The notes below the pieces were generated by a model, which was not told where the DNA came from, made no database searches, and saw nothing but the letters and a program-made list of their open reading frames with translations. A DNA stretch of 35,064 bases from Gammaproteobacteria bacterium (GTDB lineage: Bacteria; Pseudomonadota; Gammaproteobacteria; GCA-001735895). Position 1 is the first letter of the stretch. Every line of letters starts with the position of its first letter. This document shows positions 29,032 through 35,064 of this stretch, in pieces. Where the stretch lies: contig JANTFY010000003.1 in NCBI GenBank assembly GCA_024763185.1, positions 1 to 35,064 on the forward strand. Direction: 5' to 3'. The translations under genes and the position numbers were made by a program.

Positions 29032-31512
29032 TTAAACAAATTTTCGGTTAAATAATGATTTTCTCCTCAACCCGAAGACCCACACTAGAAATGCACTCAG
29101 CACTTCAACTGCAAAAGCCCCGCTGGAACCACCGTCTGAATCATTATCCGGATTACCGCCAACATCTACCGTATTGGCCACCACCCCCTCGCCACTCACG
29201 TGAAGGGTAATCGGATTCTCGTCACCATCATTTGATGGAATATCCAGACTGTCGTTAAAATCGGCCACGGATGTAGGTGAGAACCTGATGGTTATTGCAC
29301 AGGTTTCACCCTGGCTTAAGGTTTGAGCTGAGCAGGTATCATTGTCCAGCTGGAAAGGGTCTGCCAGGGGATTTGACACCGCAATCTGCCCAAGAACCAG
29401 GTCAGCGCTTCCGTTATTGGTGATATCGACCTGTTTTGTTGCAGTGCTGTTTTCAGCCACTCTACCAAATGGAAGCTGGAGGTCATCCACCGGGTCAACA
29501 GCATCCGTGACGGCAATATCCGCTACGGGTTGTGCCACGCCTGTGCCGGTTACTGTAACAATCACCGATGGCTCATCGGCATCATTCGATGGAATATCCA
29601 GGTTGTCATTAAAAATACCTGCGGATGTGGGTTCAAATTGAACTTCAAAGGTACAGCTGGAAGCTGGTATTACAGTCTGCCCACTGCAATGATCATTGAT
29701 CAGGCTAAACGGCAGAGCAACCACATCCACACTGCCGATATTGCCAATAACCAGGTCGGCATCTCCAACATTTGAAATGGTTACGGTTTGTACGCCACTG
29801 GTGGCCAGGGTTCTGGCCCCAAAAGCAATCTGCAAATCATCTGGCGGAGCGATTGAGTCCACTACCGTGATATCCGGAACAGGAACACCAATACCATGAC
29901 CTTGTGCACTGACGGTCACCACCGATTCATCCGCATCATTGGAAGGAATTTCAAAACCATCCGTGAAAGCACCGGTTGAAGGCGGCGTAAAGCGGATGGT
30001 TAAGGCACAGTTAGAGAGTGGTGCCAGGGTTTGACCAGAACAACTATCCGCTTGAATGACAAAGTCATTGTTAAGCAGATTCTGATCTACCACCAAGCCG
30101 AGAATAAGATCCGCATCACCGCTGTTGGTCACGGTTATGCTGTGATCTGCAAAAGATAACTCGGTAACGTCACCAAATAGAAGTTGAAGATCATCAATGG
30201 GTGCAACAGAATCTGTTACAACAATTTCAGGCGAAGTTACCCCTGCACCCTGAGCGTAAATATAAGCAGCACCCAGGTCGGTAATAAAACCCGTTTGAGC
30301 GTCATAATAATCTTCTCGCCAGGCTCCAATAATGGCATGTTCATCACCCAGGGCAACCGAGCCCCCATAGATATCCATTCCTGAACCATCTGACGCCGTC
30401 AGATGCTGGATTTCAGACCAATCTCCTGCCAAGTCAATCTGGTAGAGATAGGCTGAACCGGCCAATGACCCATTATCGTCGTAGGTGCTATACGAACCGA
30501 TCAGGACCTGATCTCCCTGTATGGAAATCGACTCACCAAAACCATCGTAGGGGAAATTGACCGTACCATCAAAATCGGACGCATTTAATATCTGTTCTTC
30601 TGTCCAGGTGGCGCCATTCCTATTAAACACATAAACCGAGCTGGCAACATAATTGCTCAATGCCACATGAACATAGCTGTTGTTGGATACCATGGCCGTA
30701 TCACCGCTGACCGCAACGGCATGACCAAACCAGTCGTCCACGGCATTATCGGATGCCAACAACTTCTGCTGTTGAGCCCAGCTATCTTGTGAGCGAACGA
30801 AAATATAGGCACTGCCTCGTCGGGCATGCTTATCTTTCGCACCTACCACGACAGTGTCCCCATCAATGGCGACGGCATTGCCAAAGTTGTCGCCGTAGTC
30901 AGAGTCATCGGGGCGAATTTTCTGTTGTTCACTCCAGGTTGTACCACTACGTACAAAGACATAAGCTGCACCGGGCGGATTAGTTTCATGAACACCGTCG
31001 CCCAGTTCCTGAGCGTATTCAGCCCCGATCACCACCGTATCGCCATCTATAGCCACGGCATGTCCAAACTTGTCATCATCCGAGCCATCGGAAGCGATCA
31101 GTTTTGCCTGTTCCGTCCACACAGTCCCGCTGCGAACAAACACATAGGCTGCGCCTGTATTACTTCCAGATACAGAAGCACCTTCAGCCCCGACAACAAT
31201 CGTGTCACCATCCATAGCGACTGCACGCCCAAAAAAATCATTCGATGCACCATCTGATGCCGTCAGTTTTTGTTGCTCCGCCCAATCACCCGATACAGCG
31301 TCACGTACCAAGACATAGACCGCACCCGTTGAACCAGAATTGGAACCGATAGCAGCCGTATCTCCACTTATCGAAACTGCACGTCCAAACTGATCATAAT
31401 CGGCTCCATCCGAAGCAAAAATTTTAACTTCGCCCGTCAGGTCAGCCGATACTGTGAATGGAATTAAAAGAACTAAGAAAGAAAAAAACCGAATAACCTG
31501 ACCAAAGACCAT
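29032..31512 (-). CDS. Secreted surface protein: FG-GAP beta-propeller, three Ig-like (choice-of-anchor D/ASH-like) domains and a GlyGly-CTERM-like tail
   Basis: GGAG RBS before ATG 31512; signal peptide MVFGQVIRFFSFLVLLIPFTVSA; repeats KLxASDG...DxFGxAVAIDGDTxVVGA...GAAYVF; three PxIxVxD..P.DDLQ..FG...DxCSxQT......C.....F.P...IPSND.DE units; C-terminus DGGSSGA-hydrophobic-RRK. Confidence 0.88.
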   Translation of the reverse strand: MVFGQVIRFFSFLVLLIPFTVSADLTGEVKIFASDGADYDQFGRAVSISGDTAAIGSNSGSTGAVYVLVRDAVSGDWAEQQKLTASDGASNDFFGRAVAMDGDTIVVGAEGASVSGSNTGAAYVFVRSGTVWTEQAKLIASDGSDDDKFGHAVAIDGDTVVIGAEYAQELGDGVHETNPPGAAYVFVRSGTTWSEQQKIRPDDSDYGDNFGNAVAIDGDTVVVGAKDKHARRGSAYIFVRSQDSWAQQQKLLASDNAVDDWFGHAVAVSGDTAMVSNNSYVHVALSNYVASSVYVFNRNGATWTEEQILNASDFDGTVNFPYDGFGESISIQGDQVLIGSYSTYDDNGSLAGSAYLYQIDLAGDWSEIQHLTASDGSGMDIYGGSVALGDEHAIIGAWREDYYDAQTGFITDLGAAYIYAQGAGVTSPEIVVTDSVAPIDDLQLLFGDVTELSFADHSITVTNSGDADLILGLVVDQNLLNNDFVIQADSCSGQTLAPLSNCALTIRFTPPSTGAFTDGFEIPSNDADESVVTVSAQGHGIGVPVPDITVVDSIAPPDDLQIAFGARTLATSGVQTVTISNVGDADLVIGNIGSVDVVALPFSLINDHCSGQTVIPASSCTFEVQFEPTSAGIFNDNLDIPSNDADEPSVIVTVTGTGVAQPVADIAVTDAVDPVDDLQLPFGRVAENSTATKQVDITNNGSADLVLGQIAVSNPLADPFQLDNDTCSAQTLSQGETCAITIRFSPTSVADFNDSLDIPSNDGDENPITLHVSGEGVVANTVDVGGNPDNDSDGGSSGAFAVEVLSAFLVWVFGLRRKSLFNRKFV
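30255..31440 (-). repeat. Seven FG-GAP (FG-GAP_2-type) repeats
   Basis: FGRAVSI, FGRAVAM, FGHAVAI, FGNAVAI, FGHAVAV, FGESISI and YGGSVAL cores, each followed by a GAAY/GAVY/GSAY/SSVY strand. Confidence 0.85.
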
Positions 31513-31555
31513 GACAACTTCTCCATTTGCGGCGAGGGACACTACGGAGAAGTTA

Positions 31556-31583
31556 AGTCACATAAAGTCACAAAATAGTCACA
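31556..31583 (-). promoter_or_regulatory. Three direct heptamer repeats (TGTGACT on the coding strand); candidate SARP operator
   Basis: AGTCACA at 31556-31562, 31566-31572 and 31577-31583 (periods 10 and 11 bp), just upstream of a possible -10 (TAGTGT, about 31539-31544) of the surface-protein operon. Confidence 0.65.
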
Positions 31584-31644
31584 GTTGCAAAATACAACTC
31601 TTGGTTATGACTTAAATCAAAAGTTGTGATTAAAATCGGAAAAA

Positions 31645-32490
31645 CTATTTGGGAGCCTGGGCACACAGTTCGCAGAATCCTCCGCAAACTTCGGGTTCTG
31701 CCTTAATGGTTTCATAAAGATGGAGGGTTTTTTGCGATGGCTTGATGCCAAAAGTCTGCTTTAGCATTTGATGACAACGTTCAAACAGGGCCAGCGCTTC
31801 AGAACGGTTGCCCTGGGCACTGTGACAACGCATCAGACCCCGACAATACTCTTCAGACAGCGGGTCGAATTCGCGTGCTTTTTCATACAGCGTGATCACT
31901 TTTCTACAGTCACTGCCGTGATGACGATAATATGCGATCAGCAGCTTGATAATACGCATAAAACGCGAGCGTAAACGTTCTCTGAGCGGTAACATCCAGC
32001 CAACAGCGTTTTCCTTTTCCAGGAACAAACCCCGATTAAGGGCAAACAGCTCTTCAATCAGTTGCTGTAATTTGACTTTTTCATCCTGGCTGTCGTTTTC
32101 CAAATATCGACCCAACTTGTTTAACAGCGCTTCCAACACCCAGGTGTCCACCCAGCAATACTGATCATTCAGGCTTAAGTGACCTTGTTGCACATGGAGT
32201 GCATCCGGTCCAATCATTTTCCTTAGACGTGACAGGGTGGTTGTGTATGCACTATGAGCCTGGTCACCTTCAGAATCTGGCCACAAGGATTCGGTGATCA
32301 GGAACTCGCTAACATTTTTGCCACCGAAGGCGATTAATACCTGAAGCAATTGAACCGGTTTATTTTGGGCTTTGCCCCTGAAGTGAATTTTTGCCCCATT
32401 CAGGCGTACGGAAAAATGCCCCAAAGTAGAAGTTTGCAGAGGATAAGATCCATAAGATTGATCGTAACGAGTTGTTCTTTCGGGACCCAT
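31645..32490 (-). CDS. Stand-alone SARP/AfsR-family transcriptional regulator (winged HTH + BTAD)
   Basis: TLGHFSV...LLQVLIA..G..VS...ESLWPDS.......TTLSRLRKMIG (OmpR-type wHTH), then CWVD, RGLFL...W....RERLR, DPLSEEYCRGLMRCH..GNRSEAL..FERC...LKQTFGIKPS..T..LY (BTAD). Confidence 0.9.
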   Translation of the reverse strand: MGPERTTRYDQSYGSYPLQTSTLGHFSVRLNGAKIHFRGKAQNKPVQLLQVLIAFGGKNVSEFLITESLWPDSEGDQAHSAYTTTLSRLRKMIGPDALHVQQGHLSLNDQYCWVDTWVLEALLNKLGRYLENDSQDEKVKLQQLIEELFALNRGLFLEKENAVGWMLPLRERLRSRFMRIIKLLIAYYRHHGSDCRKVITLYEKAREFDPLSEEYCRGLMRCHSAQGNRSEALALFERCHQMLKQTFGIKPSQKTLHLYETIKAEPEVCGGFCELCAQAPK

Positions 32491-32642
32491 TTTCTAAAAC
32501 CTTGCCTTAATACCGGCACTTACCACTTTTGTTATTTTGAACGGGAATATAACTATTTTTCAATTCCAATGTATTGATGGAAGTCACCCTTGGCACCATT
32601 TAGCTTTATAATTCAGCCTTGTTAAAACAACCGATAAAGCCA

Positions 32643-32954
32643 ATGGTAAAACATGATATCACCCGGCAAGAGTTGGAACGCGGGAAAATAAACAGCGAGA
32701 CCGCGCGCATCGCCTGGAAGGAACTGCAACGCTATTTTGCCGGGGGTTACACCCTGCTGGTCAGCGACGAACTCGACTTGATCGAGGTGGCCTACCAGAT
32801 GCAGCAGGACAATGCGTCACAGATCGAACAGTGGATGCAAAACACACAGATTCAGCAGGTCAGCAATGAACAGGCACGTGAGTGGTTTAACAACGATGCC
32901 GAACTATGGGCCTGTGTGATCAAGCCCTGGGTGTTGATTCAAGCGGTGGATTAA
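32643..32954 (+). CDS. DUF2288 family protein
   Basis: KINSETARIAWKELQRYFAGG...V...LDLIEVA...D....I..W...LWACVIKPWVLIQ; ATG 32643 chosen (TTG 32619 possible). Confidence 0.85.
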   Translation: MVKHDITRQELERGKINSETARIAWKELQRYFAGGYTLLVSDELDLIEVAYQMQQDNASQIEQWMQNTQIQQVSNEQAREWFNNDAELWACVIKPWVLIQAVD

Positions 32955-33787
32955 TCGTCCAGTTGCTCCAGAATATTCACCAGCGCGTAGCCATCCAGCA
33001 CATTCAACCAGTGGGTAAAGCCCTGAATCAGGCGTGTTGATTTTTTACCGATGGCCGGGACATTGCCCATGTCCTGACTGTAGCCCGACACGATCGGGTC
33101 ACCCAGCGCCCCGGTTACCGTTGAACGCACAACGGAGAAGTATTCGATATCCGGATGCTGACGCGTATTCAGCCAATGCAACAGGCGCCCGGGTATGGCC
33201 GGCACGATATCGTTCAACAGCCCCTGCGAACGACGCAGCATGTCGTAGGTTTCACCACCCAGCATTTCTTTCAGAATACGTACCGGTAAGGGGTCATCCA
33301 ATTCATCCAGGCCTCGATAGGCCAGTGCTGTACCCAGGTGTGGACTGGCAATTGTCACCAGCGCCTGGACATTGGGAGGGCAGCCGTTGCGCACCAGGGC
33401 CATGCGTGCTACCACGCCGCCGAGGGAGTGCCCGGCAATAATCACTTTTTCAGAAGGGTAATGATCCACAATCCAGCGTATGGCAGCGGTCACCACGTTG
33501 GCCTGAATAATCAGGGGGGCCTCAGAATTTACCTGTAAATTGATCACCTTGTTTTCTTCCTGGTAACCCGGTAACGGTATCGGAATCAGCCCGGCCGGTG
33601 CTCCCAACAGGATACCGGCCCGCTTCCAGCCAAACTGTTGCAAAACGGGCACCACACCGGATTGCTCCCAGGAAAAAATGTTACCCTGATAGCCATGCAC
33701 CAACAGCAGTACATCGGCCCTGGCCGTGCCTGTCAGCATCAGCCACGAAAATAGCGCGGCAGCAATCAGTTTGTTAACAGCTTTCAT
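32951..33787 (-). CDS. Secreted alpha/beta hydrolase (lipase/esterase-like)
   Basis: Signal peptide ending ARA, oxyanion LVHG, nucleophile elbow GHSLGG, TIASPHLGT, candidate Asp (GDPIV) and His (FTH). Confidence 0.87.
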   Translation of the reverse strand: MKAVNKLIAAALFSWLMLTGTARADVLLLVHGYQGNIFSWEQSGVVPVLQQFGWKRAGILLGAPAGLIPIPLPGYQEENKVINLQVNSEAPLIIQANVVTAAIRWIVDHYPSEKVIIAGHSLGGVVARMALVRNGCPPNVQALVTIASPHLGTALAYRGLDELDDPLPVRILKEMLGGETYDMLRRSQGLLNDIVPAIPGRLLHWLNTRQHPDIEYFSVVRSTVTGALGDPIVSGYSQDMGNVPAIGKKSTRLIQGFTHWLNVLDGYALVNILEQLDD

Positions 33788-33878
33788 CTTTTCATCCGAA
33801 TTTTATGATCACCATGATAGGCAATTTGAATATTATGCATTATTATGCTCGCCAATAATATTAGTATTTGCTTATATA

Positions 33879-34229
33879 ATGCACAAGAAACCTGATTATA
33901 TTTTTGATGTCGATCTGCACGACTTTCAACAACGCGTGATTGAAGCCTCACACCAGAAACCTGTACTGGTGGATTTCTGGGCTGACTGGTGCAGCCCCTG
34001 CATAGCCATCGCCCCGGTATTAACTCGGGTTATTGAATCCTTTGCTGGCCAGGTGCAACTGGCCAAGCTGGAAGTGGACGAAGGCGATAACATGAAACTG
34101 GCCGGGCACTATCGGGTCAGGGGTTTTCCAACCATTATCCTGTTTAAAAACGGAGAAGAGCAGGACCGATTCAGTAGCGCGCGCCCTTCCCATTTTATTA
34201 AAGAGTTTATCGACTCACATATAATTTGA
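33879..34229 (+). CDS. Thioredoxin (WCSPC active site)
   Basis: PVLVDFWADWCSPC and YRVRGFPTIILFKNG; ATG 33879 chosen because the track's start (33726) overlaps the divergent hydrolase. Confidence 0.9.
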   Translation: MHKKPDYIFDVDLHDFQQRVIEASHQKPVLVDFWADWCSPCIAIAPVLTRVIESFAGQVQLAKLEVDEGDNMKLAGHYRVRGFPTIILFKNGEEQDRFSSARPSHFIKEFIDSHII

Positions 34230-34313
34230 GCACTGCATAATTCTATTGGATGCCGGCAATTTTATTGTCATCCTTGAACTATACTCACAGGGAAAAATAA
34301 AATAAGGATCGCA

Positions 34314-35064
34314 GTGCCTGCTAATCTCCCCGAAAAAATCGACCGCTTCATCATCAAGGACGTGCTTGGCAAAGGTGCCCAGGGCGTGGTTTACCTGGCC
34401 ACCGACCCCACGTTGAATCGCCAGGTAGCCATCAAGGCCGTTTCCTTACGCGATAATTTCCAGCAACAGCAGACCATCGACAACCTGCTGCAGGAAGCCC
34501 GTACCGTCAGCCAGTTGCAGCATGCCAACATCATCAGCATTTACGATGTCGGTAGCTATCAGCATAAACCTTACCTGGTACTCGAATATGTCGAGGGTGA
34601 AACACTGCAATCAAAACTGCGCCGGCCAATTCCGCAACAACAGGCACTGAAGATTATTCGAGACGTTTTAACAGGCGTCGCCGCTGCACACCACGAAGGC
34701 ATTATTCACTGCGACCTGAAACCGGCCAACATCATGATCACCTCCGAGGGGCAGGCCAAGGTGGCTGATTTCGGGCTGGCATTACTGGCGGACAGTCACT
34801 ATGAGGATAATGAAAACCTGATCGGCACACCCCAATACATGGCGCCGGAATACATCGAAACCCGGCAACACCAGACCGTGTCCGATGTGTTTTCACTGGG
34901 CCTGATTTTTTATGAATTACTGACTGGACAGAAAGCCGTCGACGGCGCCGATATTTATCAATTACTCAATGCCATTGCCAATCACTCGATCCAGGCCCCT
35001 TCGCGACTCAATGAAAGCATCGATGAGCGACTGGATGCATTGATCTTGAAGGCGCTGGAAAAAG
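34314..35064 (+). CDS. Hanks-type Ser/Thr protein kinase (5' part; runs off the window edge)
   Basis: Not in the ORF track. GTG 34314 after AAGGA translates MPANLPEKIDRFIIKDVLGKGAQGVVYLA...VAIK...EAR...HANII...IIHCDLKPANIM...ADFGLA...GTPQYMAPE...SDVFSLG, with no stop before the window end. Confidence 0.93.
   Translation, partial: MPANLPEKIDRFIIKDVLGKGAQGVVYLATDPTLNRQVAIKAVSLRDNFQQQQTIDNLLQEARTVSQLQHANIISIYDVGSYQHKPYLVLEYVEGETLQSKLRRPIPQQQALKIIRDVLTGVAAAHHEGIIHCDLKPANIMITSEGQAKVADFGLALLADSHYEDNENLIGTPQYMAPEYIETRQHQTVSDVFSLGLIFYELLTGQKAVDGADIYQLLNAIANHSIQAPSRLNESIDERLDALILKALEK

Noticed and set aside
31556-31583. AGTCACA repeats as a CRISPR array, iterons or a phase-variable tract
   Set aside because: Too short, 3-4-nt non-identical spacers, and no cas or rep gene; a transcription-factor site fits better.
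31663-31686. CxxxCxxC as evidence for a radical SAM enzyme
   Set aside because: It lies at the extreme C-terminus of a wHTH-BTAD protein with no TIM-barrel; kept only as a possible metal site.
26355-32642. The accessory module as an active mobile element (prophage, IS or integrative island)
   Set aside because: No integrase, transposase or tRNA, and only a trivial GTTAAA shared near both ends; horizontal origin remains an inference.
33817-33831. ATAG-N7-GAAT upstream of thioredoxin as an OxyR site
   Set aside because: Weak half-match in AT-rich DNA; expected by chance.
33726-33878. Hydrophobic N-terminal extension suggesting a membrane-anchored thioredoxin
   Set aside because: Overlaps the start of the divergent hydrolase and reads through an AT-rich spacer. 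ATG 33879 gives a normal length, although it has no clear RBS.
34248-34273. Hairpin GGATG..GCAAT-ttt-ATTGT-CATCC after thioredoxin as a terminator
   Set aside because: Bulged stem with no convincing U-tract.

Overview
Gammaproteobacterial chromosomal segment. The first 25 kb closely follow the conserved type IV pilus/housekeeping region known from Pseudomonas and relatives: a Pil-Chp cluster (pilG-pilH-pilI-pilJ-chpA-chpC, with no pilK or chpB), divergent gshA-gshB-tonB-yqgE(algH)-yqgF-pyrR-pyrB-pyrC', a DMT transporter, pilT-pilU plus a second pilU, and yggS-proC-yggT-DUF4426. A TerB-family gene lies divergent from oxyR, with ATAG-N7-CTAT boxes between them. The best candidate for an undescribed system is a ~6.1 kb accessory module just downstream of oxyR (26361-32490, minus strand). 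It has a stand-alone SARP/BTAD-type regulator ending in CxxxCxxC, then a spacer with three AGTCACA direct repeats one helical turn apart. Downstream is a two-gene operon of acidic beta-propeller surface proteins with different anchors: FG-GAP + 3 Ig-like domains + GlyGly-CTERM-like tail, and a lipoprotein with PKD and SBBP repeats. A degenerate 140-bp palindromic MITE-like element with a 5-bp flanking duplication sits between pilT and yggS. The window ends with DUF2288, a secreted alpha/beta hydrolase, a thioredoxin and a truncated non-RD Ser/Thr kinase. All calls come from motif reading and synteny; no searches were run.
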